This document shows positions 36,474 through 46,795 of a stretch of DNA of 64,000 nucleotides, one piece after another. The stretch is from Candidatus Omnitrophota bacterium (GTDB lineage Bacteria > Omnitrophota > Gorgyraeia > Zapsychrales > Zapsychraceae). The notes under the pieces were generated by a model, which was not told where the DNA came from, searched no databases, and was given only the letters and a program-made list of their open reading frames with translations. The DNA lies in assembly GCA_050250375.1 (NCBI GenBank), contig JBFWOS010000001.1, positions 1,150,361-1,214,360 on the forward strand, read 5' to 3'. The number at the start of each line of letters is the position of its first letter. The first letter of the stretch is position 1. Position numbers and translations under genes: made by a program.

Positions 36474-37091
36474 TTATACTTCCGCAAGCGCCAGGTCGCG
36501 TTCAACCACTTTTTTCTTGGCCACCTTGCTGACCCCCACGGCGTTCGCCTGCTGGTCTCCCAGATAAATCCTGATCTTACGGATATTATTCTGACATTCC
36601 GGTATCTTGACCTTCTCAAACAAGTTAACCCGCTGGGTCGTTGTCCGCAGTTCCTTTTCAAGGATTGCGATCTGTTTTTTAATAATTTCCACTTCCGTGA
36701 TCAGCCGGACGACGCCTCTTAATTCTTCCAGCCCTTTATCGACCCATAGTGGAGTTTCAAAATAATCGTACTCTGCCTGGTCGAAACTTAAATCTTCAAA
36801 AACCGGAACATCCGCCCCGGCCACATTCATCCGGTTAATTTTAATATTCTTCGGGGTGATCCAGGGTTTCAAATCGATCTCGGCATCACCGAGCAGTCCG
36901 GACCATTTTTTTATACCATTGTCCTTTTCGTATAACTTGGACAGCCGTTGTTCCAGCCATTTGCGCACTTCCAGAATTTTCATTTGCAATTGCTGTTTCT
37001 TCAGCTGCAGGGTGGGAAGATACCTCTTAAACTGCTTGAGGCTGTCCCGTTGTTTCTTTAATTCCCCTTTTGTTAATTTGATCTTGGACAT
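36474..37091 (-). CDS. atpD: V/A-type ATP synthase subunit D
   Basis: 205 aa coiled-coil central stalk. LPTLQLKKQQLQ... NLFEKVKIPECQNNIRKIRIYL. Confidence 0.8.
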   Translation of the reverse strand: MSKIKLTKGELKKQRDSLKQFKRYLPTLQLKKQQLQMKILEVRKWLEQRLSKLYEKDNGIKKWSGLLGDAEIDLKPWITPKNIKINRMNVAGADVPVFEDLSFDQAEYDYFETPLWVDKGLEELRGVVRLITEVEIIKKQIAILEKELRTTTQRVNLFEKVKIPECQNNIRKIRIYLGDQQANAVGVSKVAKKKVVERDLALAEV

Positions 37092-37094
37092 AAT

Positions 37095-38402
37095 CTATTT
37101 GTTTGCGGCGGCCTTGGGCCAAAATTTTTCAATCAGCTTCGGGTTCATCCCTGTTTCGGTCGGTTCAAAACATTCCGCCAGAATCGTCCAGCCTAAATTT
37201 AACGCTTCTTCGAGCGGGATGTTTACGGAAAGATCCATTAATCGGCGTTCGAATTGGACTCCGTACTTTAATAATTTCTCATCCCACGAACTCATCTGAA
37301 ATCCCATTGATTTCTTTTCTAGGACTTCCCGGTAATCCGCAAAAAGCTGGATCATCCGGTCCATGATGGCCCGGTGGTCATCTCTGGTTTTACTGTTAAC
37401 CTGTTGTTTCAAACGGCTCAATGAACCGAACGGTTCAATGCGTCCGCCCCGCAGATAAAACTGCCCTTCCGTAATATATCCCGTGTTATCAGGGATCGGA
37501 TGAGTGACGTCATCTCCGGGCATTGTCGTAACTCCCAAAATCGTAATGGATCCGGCCCCATGAAAATCGACGGCTTTTTCATAACGCGCGGCCAATTGGG
37601 AATAGAGGTCTCCGGGATAACCGCGGTTAGACGGAATCTGTTCCATGGTGATCGCGATTTCTTTCATGGCGTCTGAAAAATTTGTCATATCCGTCAAAAG
37701 GACCAGGACCCGTTTGCCTTCCAGCGCAAACTGCTCGGCAACGGCCAGGCACATGTCCGGGACAAGAAGACATTCGACGGTCGGATCAGCCGCCGTATGG
37801 ATAAACATCACCGACCGTGATAAAGAACCCTGCGCTTCTAGTGTATCTTTAAAGAAAATGTAGTTATCATACTTCAACCCCATCCCGCCTAAAATAATAA
37901 TGTCAACCTCAGCCTGCATCGCGATGCGCGCCAACAATTCATTGTAAGGTTCGCCGGCCACCGAAAAAATCGGAAGCTTTTGCGATTCGACCAGGGTGTT
38001 AAAGACATCAATCATCGGAATCCCGGTACGGATCATGTTTTTAGGAACAACCCGTTTGGATGGATTAACCGACGGACCGCCGATTTCGATCATATTTTCG
38101 GTCAATCTCGGCCCTTTGTCCCGCGGTTCACCGGCCCCGGTAAAAATTCGTCCCAATAAATCTCCGGAATAAGACACCTGAATCTGTTTTTTCAAAAACC
38201 GGACTTTGTCATTGGTTGAAATCCCGCGGCTTCCGGCCAGGACCTGCAGAGAAACTTTTTTCCCGTCCAACCGGATAACCTGGGCTAACGATGATCCCAG
38301 GGATGTCTTGACTTCAGCCATTTCCTTATATGCGATATCATCGGCTTCGACCGTAATGACGTCGCCGGCGATCTGAATAATTTGACTGTAAACTTTTTGC
38401 AT
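37095..38402 (-). CDS. atpB: V/A-type ATP synthase subunit B
   Basis: 435 aa alpha/beta ATPase fold without a P-loop. [20 protein letters not shown]. Confidence 0.9.
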   Translation of the reverse strand: MQKVYSQIIQIAGDVITVEADDIAYKEMAEVKTSLGSSLAQVIRLDGKKVSLQVLAGSRGISTNDKVRFLKKQIQVSYSGDLLGRIFTGAGEPRDKGPRLTENMIEIGGPSVNPSKRVVPKNMIRTGIPMIDVFNTLVESQKLPIFSVAGEPYNELLARIAMQAEVDIIILGGMGLKYDNYIFFKDTLEAQGSLSRSVMFIHTAADPTVECLLVPDMCLAVAEQFALEGKRVLVLLTDMTNFSDAMKEIAITMEQIPSNRGYPGDLYSQLAARYEKAVDFHGAGSITILGVTTMPGDDVTHPIPDNTGYITEGQFYLRGGRIEPFGSLSRLKQQVNSKTRDDHRAIMDRMIQLFADYREVLEKKSMGFQMSSWDEKLLKYGVQFERRLMDLSVNIPLEEALNLGWTILAECFEPTETGMNPKLIEKFWPKAAANK

Positions 38403-38439
38403 TATGCTCTCCTCGTAACGAACTCATCAATTCCGGGGT

Positions 38440-40242
38440 TTAAACCGTGGCCAAATCCGATTCCTGGGCTGCCCCCTCGGCAATTTTGTCCTTTAATTTT
38501 TTCTCAGCTTCCTTAAATTCAGGACTGTTTAATACCAGAAAATTCCATGTTTTAAACATCTGGGTCATTTCCTGAAAATACCGCCGGGCTTTGTCTTTAC
38601 TCTCAAATTTGAATTTCTGGTCCAGAATCTCAACGATAATGTCAAACACGTAAATCTGCCGTTCCTTCGGTGTTGCCTCATCAACTTTATCAAACGCGTT
38701 TTGCTGCAGATAAACAGCGTCAAAAAATTCGCCCTTCAGATAATCAATAAATTCATCAATCGATGTCCCCTCTTCTCCGACGACCTTCATCATCTGTCCG
38801 ACATTGTTGCTTTTGCGCAGCATGGCCCGGCTTTTTTCGGCCTTTACCCCGTCCACAAAGCTCGGATACTTGCTCCAGCTATCCAACGGATCAATCGTCG
38901 GATACCGGCGGGCGTTGGCCCGCGCCTGGGAAAGACCGAGAAACCCTCCGACAACCTTTAACGTCGCCTGGGTTACCGGTTCTTCAAAGTTGCCCCCGGC
39001 CGGCGATACGGCTCCGCCGATCGTGATTGACCCCATCGACCCGTCGCGGAACTTAACAAGACCGGCCCGTTCATAAAATGACGCGATCCTGGATTCCAGA
39101 TAGGCCGGAAAGGCTTCTTCCCCTGGTATTTCTTCCAGGCGACCTGACATCTCACGCATGGCCTGGGCCCAACGTGATGTTGAATCGGCCAGCAACAGAA
39201 CATTGAGTCCCATCTGCCGGTAATACTCGGCCAATGTCACCCCTGTATAAACAGAAGATTCACGTGCGGCGACAGGCATTGAACTTGTGTTACAAATAAT
39301 AATTGTGCGGTCCATCAAAGTTTTTCCGGTTTTCGGGTCAATCAATTCCGGAAACTCTTCCAGGATCTCAACAACTTCCCCCGCGCGTTCGCCGCAGGCC
39401 GCAACGATCACCACATCCACTTCCGCGTGACGGCTGAGCAAATGCTGCAAAACAGTCTTTCCGGCCCCAAACGGTCCCGGCGTACAAAATGTACCGCCGA
39501 TAGCCACCGGGCAGATCGTGTCAATAAGACGGATTTTTGTAACCAGCGGGTCAACCGGCTTCAGTTTTTCCGCATACGCCTTGATCGGAACTTTGACCGG
39601 CCAGGTCTGCACCATTTTAATCTCTAATTTTTTTCCTGATTCATCTTTAACCGTCGCAACCGTCTTATCAATCGAATATTCACCCGCATCCGCGACATTA
39701 ATAATCTCGTAGTCCCCCATCCAATTAAACGGGACCATAATCTTGTGCGCGAACATATTTTCCGGAACTGTTCCGATGGTATCGCCCGCGCGAACCACAT
39801 GCCCATCTTTAACTTTAGGGGAAAATTCCCACAATTTTTCCTCGTCCAGCGGCTTCAGATAGGCGCCGCGTTTCAGAAAAAACCCGTGCTTTTCAGCCAG
39901 TTGCGGCAACGGATTTTGAAGACCGTCAAAAATCTTTCCCAAAAGCCCGGGTCCCAACTCAACACTTAAAAGCTCATCGGAAAACTCAACCATATTGTTA
40001 ACCTTGATTCCGGCGGTATCTTCAAAAACCTGAAGGTCTGCGATCCGTCCTTTAACACGGATGACCTCGGCCTTTAGTTTTTCCTCACCGACAACGACAT
40101 ACGCCACCTCGTTCTGTTTGACTTTTTCTTCAAACTCAACCGCCACCATGTTGCCGTTAACACCAACCACTTTTCCGGTTCTTCTCTGTGTGCTCACTAT
40201 ATTCTCCTTATCCTTTGGAAGCAAACCCTTGCGGGAATTCAA
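38440..40242 (-). CDS. atpA: V/A-type ATP synthase catalytic subunit A
   Basis: 600 aa. Walker A GPFGAGKTV. Shows the non-homologous insert typical of A subunits. Confidence 0.9.
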   Translation of the reverse strand: MNSRKGLLPKDKENIVSTQRRTGKVVGVNGNMVAVEFEEKVKQNEVAYVVVGEEKLKAEVIRVKGRIADLQVFEDTAGIKVNNMVEFSDELLSVELGPGLLGKIFDGLQNPLPQLAEKHGFFLKRGAYLKPLDEEKLWEFSPKVKDGHVVRAGDTIGTVPENMFAHKIMVPFNWMGDYEIINVADAGEYSIDKTVATVKDESGKKLEIKMVQTWPVKVPIKAYAEKLKPVDPLVTKIRLIDTICPVAIGGTFCTPGPFGAGKTVLQHLLSRHAEVDVVIVAACGERAGEVVEILEEFPELIDPKTGKTLMDRTIIICNTSSMPVAARESSVYTGVTLAEYYRQMGLNVLLLADSTSRWAQAMREMSGRLEEIPGEEAFPAYLESRIASFYERAGLVKFRDGSMGSITIGGAVSPAGGNFEEPVTQATLKVVGGFLGLSQARANARRYPTIDPLDSWSKYPSFVDGVKAEKSRAMLRKSNNVGQMMKVVGEEGTSIDEFIDYLKGEFFDAVYLQQNAFDKVDEATPKERQIYVFDIIVEILDQKFKFESKDKARRYFQEMTQMFKTWNFLVLNSPEFKEAEKKLKDKIAEGAAQESDLATV

Positions 40243-40759
40243 TTTTCTTTAATCCTTCATATATTTCACGGCCCTTCGGTGAAGCAATATTATGGTACCG
40301 TTCAACGATTTTTAATTTAAGCCCGTACAATAAAACAAAGGCGAGATTATAAAACTGGCTCGCCATCAATTCGTCATAAAATTGCCAGCGGGCCTTGCTG
40401 ATCAACTTGTCGCCTTCTAAGGGATCGCCCGCGTTGGCGGCCTGTTTGACTAACTCGGTGAATACCGGCTGTTCATTATATTGTCCGCGGATGAAAGACT
40501 GCGCGTCCTTATTAAATCTCTGCGCACGATAAACAGCAATATGATTAGATAATCCCCGTTCGAATTCTTCAACCATCGCAATCACCGGATTTGCGATGTT
40601 AACACCAGCGTTGTTCAAAAGCCCGGATACAGTCGCATAATCATCCCGCGACATGAGTCGCTCACAATCCGCTAAAAAGCCCTGCACGGACATCGGAAGT
40701 TTACCCTGAAAACTCAACATGGGTAAACTCGCTCCAAGATAATAATATGATCCAGCCAT
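40208..40759 (-). CDS. Small conserved protein of V-ATPase operons (position of chlamydial/spirochaetal DUF2764-type gene; possibly a degenerate C/d subunit)
   Basis: 183 aa, helical. Lies between subunit E and subunit A and overlaps A by 35 nt. Confidence 0.4.
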   Translation of the reverse strand: MAGSYYYLGASLPMLSFQGKLPMSVQGFLADCERLMSRDDYATVSGLLNNAGVNIANPVIAMVEEFERGLSNHIAVYRAQRFNKDAQSFIRGQYNEQPVFTELVKQAANAGDPLEGDKLISKARWQFYDELMASQFYNLAFVLLYGLKLKIVERYHNIASPKGREIYEGLKKIEFPQGFASKG

Positions 40760-40771
40760 AAGATTAAATGA

Positions 40772-41404
40772 TTAAGCAGACTTAGTTATAATCGCTGCCA
40801 ATTGATCGTTGAGAAACGTGGTTAAATACTGGGCCAAACTTTCATCCGTAAAATCAAAACTGGATTTCCCCTGGTCATAACTGATTGTAAACCCGCCGCC
40901 GATATCATCCGAGGACTGAAGTTTGATCTCACTTTTGATCTTTTTCTGAAGTTTGGAAATAAACCCTTCACTTAAATTTTTTAAATCCTTCGCGCTTACG
41001 TCTACTTGTACTCCGCCGCCTTCTTTTCCATCCAATGTCCGCGTAATGACTTCTGTCAGGATCTCCGCCAATCGTTCATTCGTCAATGCATGCGACACCT
41101 CCGCAAGGACCAACCGCTGCAGTGTTTTTTCGATTTCCTTTCGTAATGACAGCAAGGTATCCCGTGAAGCCTGCTGCAATGATTTCTGGGCGGATTCCTG
41201 CGTTTTTTTGATTTCCGTTTTAACCTGGGCAAGCATATTATCCGCTTTTTGCTGAGCCTCCTGGACAATTTTTTGAGCCTTGGCCTGGGCCTGCTTCTCT
41301 ATTTCCTGAGCCTGATTTTGCGCGGTCTGTATCCCGTCGTTTTTAATTTTATCAATCAGTTCCTGTATTTGTGAAGACATGTTGCGCTCCTGTAACCTGT
41401 TCAA
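40772..41404 (-). CDS. atpE: V/A-type ATP synthase subunit E
   Basis: 210 aa. Long charged N-terminal helix (QAQEIEKQAQAKAQKIVQEAQQKAD...) followed by a globular C-terminus. Confidence 0.6.
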   Translation of the reverse strand: MNRLQERNMSSQIQELIDKIKNDGIQTAQNQAQEIEKQAQAKAQKIVQEAQQKADNMLAQVKTEIKKTQESAQKSLQQASRDTLLSLRKEIEKTLQRLVLAEVSHALTNERLAEILTEVITRTLDGKEGGGVQVDVSAKDLKNLSEGFISKLQKKIKSEIKLQSSDDIGGGFTISYDQGKSSFDFTDESLAQYLTTFLNDQLAAIITKSA

Positions 41405-41433
41405 TGGATTCTAAGTGTAATTTATATAACGCC

Positions 41434-42183
41434 CTAACTTCTGGCTTCATCAATTTGTTTTAATATTTGTCTGGCGGCTTCCGCCGGATCTTTGGCTTTG
41501 ACAATCGGCCGTCCAACAACCAGGAAATTGCTTCCCGCTTTTACCGCGTCAAACGGTGTGGCTATCCGCTTCTGGTCTCCAGAATCCGCTCCGACAGGAC
41601 GAATCCCGGGAGTAACGATCACAAAATCATCGCCGAACGTTTGACGAATCAGGGCTGCTTCCTGAACGGAAGCGACCACGCCGTCAAGTCCGGATTCCTT
41701 GGCCAAAACGGCTCTTTCTATGACAAGATCACGTATATTATCTGTTTTCTCATCGCTTGTCAAGACTGTGATCCCAACCAGCAAAGTCCTGTTAACTCCA
41801 ATGGTTTGAGCTTGTTTTGTTGCTGCGGCAACGGCCTGTTTAAGCATTTCCCCGCCCCCCTGTATGTGCAGGGTGCATAACAACAGACCTTGGTTGCGTT
41901 GGACGACACCCGTATGCGCACTCCGGGCAAGATTTACGGCCGAAGTGACGGCGCTGGCGACCGTGTTAGGAATGTCATGAAATTTCAGATCCAAAAAAAC
42001 CTGTTTTCCTTGGTCGAATACGTATTGAACAACCATCGGACCGCAAGCCGTGAACAATTGACTGCCGATTTTATAGATATCGACAACATCTCCCAGTTGA
42101 TCAATCAGCTTCCTGGCTTCATCAAAGGTTTCTACATCAAGCGCAATAATCAGGCTTCCTTTTTCCATCATAAAATCATCCAT
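41434..42183 (-). CDS. pyrF: Orotidine-5'-phosphate decarboxylase
   Basis: 249 aa. Active-site motif FLDLKFHDIPNTV. Confidence 0.9.
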   Translation of the reverse strand: MDDFMMEKGSLIIALDVETFDEARKLIDQLGDVVDIYKIGSQLFTACGPMVVQYVFDQGKQVFLDLKFHDIPNTVASAVTSAVNLARSAHTGVVQRNQGLLLCTLHIQGGGEMLKQAVAAATKQAQTIGVNRTLLVGITVLTSDEKTDNIRDLVIERAVLAKESGLDGVVASVQEAALIRQTFGDDFVIVTPGIRPVGADSGDQKRIATPFDAVKAGSNFLVVGRPIVKAKDPAEAARQILKQIDEARS

Positions 42184-42198
42184 TTCAGACAGAGGTCT

Positions 42199-43137
42199 TT
42201 ACCGTTTCACGATTCCCCTGAGATTATTAATGTCTTTTATTTTGTGCCTTTTCATATAATCTTTAATGCCGTTTAGAACTTCTAACGGCGCGCGCGGATT
42301 AACAAAATTCATGGTCCCCACCGCGACCATGGTTGCCCCGGCCAGGATAAACTGGAGGGCATCGTCGGCATTGGCGATACCGCCCATCGCGATGATGGGA
42401 ATCTTAACCTTTTGGGCCGTTTGATAAACTAAATTAACTGCCAGGGGACGAATCGCCGGCCCGCTTAAGCCCCCGGTAAAGTTTCCCAGAACCGATTTTT
42501 GTTTTTCGACATCAATCACCATCCCGGAAAATGTATTAATCAGGCTTAATCCATCCGCTCCCGCCTCTTGGGCTGCTTTTGCAATAATAGTGATATCCGT
42601 AACGTTGGGCGCCAGTTTGGCAATTACCGGAACTTGGGCGATAGCCTTCACCAATTTAACGATACGGTAAGTCGCTTCAGGATCTTGAGCGACCAGGGTC
42701 TTATGGCCGAGATTGGGACAGGATAGATTCAACTCAAGCGCCGCAAACCCTCCCGCTTGTGTAAATTTTCTGGCGAGAACCTCAAACTCCTGGTCGTTAT
42801 GTCCCAATATACTGATGATCAGCGGTACGCCGATTTTCTTAAATCCGGGAAGTTTCTTTTCAATAAACCCGTCAGCTCCGGGATTTTCGATCCCGATCGC
42901 GTTCAGCATCCCTGACGGTGTTTCTACGATCCTTACCGGAGGATTACCTTCCTGGGCTGGAAGCGTGACCGTCTTGGGTACGACCGCTCCGAGCTTTTTA
43001 ACCTCTTCCAGGTCATAATATTTCTCGGCATGCCCGAAAGTTCCTGAGGCCACCGTTACAGGATTTGAAAACGTCACACTTCCAATTTTGACTTCAAGAT
43101 TCATATAATTATTTAAAGAAAAACATTTTAATGCCAA
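42199..43137 (-). CDS. pyrD: Dihydroorotate dehydrogenase, class 1B catalytic subunit
   Basis: 312 aa. FSNPVTVASGTFG, GAVV.KT..L. and the C-terminal FMN-binding region. Confidence 0.9.
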   Translation of the reverse strand: MALKCFSLNNYMNLEVKIGSVTFSNPVTVASGTFGHAEKYYDLEEVKKLGAVVPKTVTLPAQEGNPPVRIVETPSGMLNAIGIENPGADGFIEKKLPGFKKIGVPLIISILGHNDQEFEVLARKFTQAGGFAALELNLSCPNLGHKTLVAQDPEATYRIVKLVKAIAQVPVIAKLAPNVTDITIIAKAAQEAGADGLSLINTFSGMVIDVEKQKSVLGNFTGGLSGPAIRPLAVNLVYQTAQKVKIPIIAMGGIANADDALQFILAGATMVAVGTMNFVNPRAPLEVLNGIKDYMKRHKIKDINNLRGIVKR

Positions 43138-43468
43138 GCAGGATTAAAAAAAACCCAAAGCATTTTTTTACAATAGGAGCTGGTAAATACTGGATGATAT
43201 GCGCTCCTAAAAAAGAGCCAACAACAAAACCGATGATCATTAAGCCGGTTATATTTAATTTTAAATTGCCTTCTATATAATAACGCCACGCCGCCGCCAA
43301 GAAGACCGGCAGTGTCAACAACCCGATAACAGTTCCCTGCGCCTGGTGCTGGGTCAGTCCGGCGGCCATAACCAGCAATGGAACCATGATCGCGCCGCCG
43401 CCAAGCCCAAGAGCCCCCCCGACAAAACCGCCCGCAAAACCAATTAAAATATATGTGAGAAACGGCAT
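43109..43468 (-). CDS. TauE/SafE (DUF81)-family membrane protein, half-length (4 TM)
   Basis: 119 aa. GxGGG-type motif GGALGLGGGAIMVPLLV. Roughly half the size of typical TauE. Overlaps pyrD by 29 nt. Confidence 0.55.
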   Translation of the reverse strand: MPFLTYILIGFAGGFVGGALGLGGGAIMVPLLVMAAGLTQHQAQGTVIGLLTLPVFLAAAWRYYIEGNLKLNITGLMIIGFVVGSFLGAHIIQYLPAPIVKKCFGFFLILLGIKMFFFK

Positions 43469-43480
43469 GTTAAGTCTCCT

Positions 43481-44257
43481 TTAATGTTCAAATAGCACTT
43501 CCTGCAAATCAAACACAGGCCCGTCATAACAAACAGTTTTATAACCCTTGGTTGTTTTAACGGAACAGCCTAAACATGCTCCGAGCGCGCAGGCCATGAT
43601 CTCTTCACAGGCGGCTTGCCCTTTCAATTGATTTTTATCCGCAAACCGCTGCACCGCCGCCATCATCGCAGACGGGCCGCACGTATAAAGGAATGTTTCC
43701 TGAGGATTCAGCCGGATTTTAGAAAACAATTCAGATACGCGGCCTTTGACCCCGGCACTACCGTCGTCCGTTGTAACATAAACTTTACAGCCGTTTTCTT
43801 TGAATTCTTTCATCGGGTATACATGCCCCTTGGTCCGGCCGCCATACAGCAAAACCAATTCCAACTTTAATTTCTTCAAAATATCTGTAAAAATTAAAAA
43901 CGGCGCGACCCCGATCCCGCCGGCAATCATGACGACTTGTTTAGTCCCTTTCGGCGGCAACGCAAACGGCATACCCACCGGCCCCAACACATCAACATCA
44001 TCTCCCTTATTCAATTGCGACATGAGTTTTGTCCCCGGCCCGACAACTTCATAAAACACCTCAACATAACGCTTTGCCCGGTAAACACTAAATGGTCTGC
44101 GGAAAAATGGTTCAAATCCATCATTGGTTCTGATATGGACAAACTGGCCGGGCTTCACCTGGTCTTTGATGGGTTTCGCATCAAAACTAAGACGATAAAA
44201 TTGGGGACAAAGTTTTTCATTAGAAACAACTTTATAGATATTTTGCAGTTTGGGCAT
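43481..44257 (-). CDS. pyrK: Dihydroorotate dehydrogenase electron-transfer subunit (FAD/NAD-binding, 2Fe-2S)
   Basis: 258 aa. FNR-like fold. C-terminal cysteine cluster CEEIMACALGACLGC. Confidence 0.85.
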   Translation of the reverse strand: MPKLQNIYKVVSNEKLCPQFYRLSFDAKPIKDQVKPGQFVHIRTNDGFEPFFRRPFSVYRAKRYVEVFYEVVGPGTKLMSQLNKGDDVDVLGPVGMPFALPPKGTKQVVMIAGGIGVAPFLIFTDILKKLKLELVLLYGGRTKGHVYPMKEFKENGCKVYVTTDDGSAGVKGRVSELFSKIRLNPQETFLYTCGPSAMMAAVQRFADKNQLKGQAACEEIMACALGACLGCSVKTTKGYKTVCYDGPVFDLQEVLFEH

Positions 44258-44269
44258 ATTTTCTAAACT

Positions 44270-45094
44270 TTATTTCTGACACTGTTCACAAAAAAACGTG
44301 CTGCGCTGGGCCTGCACGATCCGTTTAATCGGCCTGTCACAAACCGGACATTCTTTGTGTTCTTTTCCATAAATCTTAATCCGATCCAAATACCGGCCTT
44401 TTTTACCAGAAGAATCCCTGTAATTTCGCATCGATGTCCCGCGGAACTTAATTGATTCTTCCAGAACTTTGATCGTTGACCAGTGGATCCGTTCAACCTG
44501 TATTTTGGTCAGTTTTCCGGCCGTTTTTTCAGGATGCACACCGGCCGAGAATAATATCTCAGAAGCATAAATATTCCCGATACCGGCTATAAATTGTTGA
44601 TTCATTAATAACGGCTTGATTGGTGAGGTTTTATTTTTCAGCTGACGATAAAACCAGTCGACACTAAACTCATCTCCCAGTGGTTCCGGGCCGATGGTGT
44701 TCAGATACGGAATGTCCTCTAGGCGGTCAACTAAAATTAACCATCCGAATAATCTTTGATCATTATAATTTAAAAACTTTCCGTTGGAAAGACGGAAGAT
44801 CACTTTTGTTTCTTTGGAATCATTGTTCTCTTTTAAGTTAGGGCCATACACAAAATAACCTGTCATTTTAACTTGAACAAACAGAAAAGAACCATTGTCC
44901 ATTTTTAAAATAATCCCTTTCCCGCGGCGTTCCACAGATGTAAAGTTTCGCCCCTTCAAGCGTCGGATAAAGACAGGGGGAGCGACATCTTTAATCACTC
45001 GATGGTCATAAATAGCAATATCATCAACGGTCGAACCGATAATTTTCTTACGTAAATCCCTCGTCATCGTTTCAACTTCAGGCAACTCAGGCAT
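44270..45094 (-). CDS. mutM: Formamidopyrimidine-DNA glycosylase
   Basis: 274 aa. N-terminal MPELPEVE (catalytic Pro2/Glu3), H2TH, and a C-terminal zinc finger CPVC...CEQC. Confidence 0.9.
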   Translation of the reverse strand: MPELPEVETMTRDLRKKIIGSTVDDIAIYDHRVIKDVAPPVFIRRLKGRNFTSVERRGKGIILKMDNGSFLFVQVKMTGYFVYGPNLKENNDSKETKVIFRLSNGKFLNYNDQRLFGWLILVDRLEDIPYLNTIGPEPLGDEFSVDWFYRQLKNKTSPIKPLLMNQQFIAGIGNIYASEILFSAGVHPEKTAGKLTKIQVERIHWSTIKVLEESIKFRGTSMRNYRDSSGKKGRYLDRIKIYGKEHKECPVCDRPIKRIVQAQRSTFFCEQCQK

Positions 45095-46795
45095 CTATAG
45101 CATCCTCAACTTTTCATCCAGCAACTCTACTTGTAAAGCCTGGTTTAATTTTCTATAAAGTTCCTGAGCTTTAATCAAATTTTTCCGGGCTTCAGATTTA
45201 TTTTTGCTCCGGAAATAACTCATTCCGATATAATAATAACAATCGGCCGTATCCGGACGATATTCCAGATACCTTTGATAATTCCGGATCGCCTCGTCGT
45301 AATCACCATTGATAAACGCCAGGTATCCGAGGTTTTGATAGGTTCCATAGAAATCCGGATCAATTTCCACCACTTTTTTAAAATGGTACAGCGCCTTCTG
45401 GTTCATACCTTTCTGGCTATACAGGATACCGAGATTGTTGTGTCCATTAGAAAAATCCGGTTTCAACGCAACCGCTTTTTTAAGATAAAATATCGCCGGA
45501 TCAATCTGTCCTTTGCGCCAATACGCGTCGGACAACCCCAAGTAAGCCGATGGATAACCAGGCTCTTTCAGGACGAGATCCTGATAATGCCCCAGTTCGG
45601 TGACCCAGACTTCATTGCGGGCATGAGCGGTCACACTTAGAACCGTGACCAGCATCAATACGGCCAGTTTATACAACCATTGGGTTTTTAATACCGCGGT
45701 TATTCCTGCCGCTGACAAAAGGCATAACCCCACCATCGATAAATAAAGCCAATTCTCATAAATTAAATTGCGTAGCCCGAAGGTCACCCCGGCAAACTCC
45801 ACACTCTTCGTTAGAAAAAACCAGAGAATACAGAAACTGACCAAGCGGTAGTTTTTAAAAAACCTGACCATGGCGATCAGCAGCGCAATGATTAACAGGA
45901 TCGACCCGATCGTCCGTAATTCAAGAATATTTTGGGTGACCGGATAATAATAATCCGACCGTAGGCCGACCGGCCAGAAAAATAATCGGAGATAGGTGAT
46001 CAATACATTTAATTCCGTCAGCAGCACCTTCCATTCGAATAAATGAACTCCCATTAAATGTTTGAATTTAACCGCTGCGTTGGATTGATTAAGTGAAAAA
46101 ACTGCCGGAAACAAAGCCGTCAATAAAAGGCTACTCACTAGCCATCGGGTTGAATGAATTTTTTGGGCTTTATATTGGTTCAAAAAATAAACCTCAAGCA
46201 TAACTAAAGAAACTCCGATGGTTATGGCATTTTCCTTTGTCAATAAACCCATCACCAAGGTGAACATGGCCAGCCAAAGCCATCCGGGCTTATTTTCTGT
46301 TCTCCCCTTTATATAAAGAATATGTGTTAACAAATAAAATCCCGTAACCATCAAAGTTGCACGCTGGGCAATATAGGAAACCGCCTGGGTCTGAACAGGA
46401 TGACATAAAAACAAAACGGCCGTGAGAAAGGAAATTTTAGTATAATCTCCGGCCTTGTGAACCAATAATAGAATTTGGCAACTGAATATATAGACCAGAA
46501 CGCTGTTGAAGAAATGAACTATAATACTGAACCAGTGATACCCAAACACATGTAATTGGTAATTTTTATAATCTAAAGCAAACGTAACACCAACCCAAAA
46601 TCTAGTATTAAACGAATTCCAAATCCCAACCAAACCGTGATCCTGCGTGACGGCCGGATTCTTAATGATATACCGATAATCATCTTGAAGAAACTCCCCG
46701 CCAAGAACATTTGAATAGATCGCTAATCCGAGAACAAATAGAAAAACTATGGTAAGAAATAACCGCGGTTTGGAAAAAAATATTAAACCTGTCAT
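45095..46795 (-). CDS. Polytopic membrane protein with C-terminal TPR repeats (TMTC-like, putative GT-C glycosyltransferase)
   Basis: 566 aa. About 11 TM helices, then at least 4 TPR units (AYLGLSDAYWRKGQ..., GHNNLGILYSQKGM..., TYQNLGYLAFINGDYDEA...). Confidence 0.6.
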   Translation of the reverse strand: MTGLIFFSKPRLFLTIVFLFVLGLAIYSNVLGGEFLQDDYRYIIKNPAVTQDHGLVGIWNSFNTRFWVGVTFALDYKNYQLHVFGYHWFSIIVHFFNSVLVYIFSCQILLLVHKAGDYTKISFLTAVLFLCHPVQTQAVSYIAQRATLMVTGFYLLTHILYIKGRTENKPGWLWLAMFTLVMGLLTKENAITIGVSLVMLEVYFLNQYKAQKIHSTRWLVSSLLLTALFPAVFSLNQSNAAVKFKHLMGVHLFEWKVLLTELNVLITYLRLFFWPVGLRSDYYYPVTQNILELRTIGSILLIIALLIAMVRFFKNYRLVSFCILWFFLTKSVEFAGVTFGLRNLIYENWLYLSMVGLCLLSAAGITAVLKTQWLYKLAVLMLVTVLSVTAHARNEVWVTELGHYQDLVLKEPGYPSAYLGLSDAYWRKGQIDPAIFYLKKAVALKPDFSNGHNNLGILYSQKGMNQKALYHFKKVVEIDPDFYGTYQNLGYLAFINGDYDEAIRNYQRYLEYRPDTADCYYYIGMSYFRSKNKSEARKNLIKAQELYRKLNQALQVELLDEKLRML

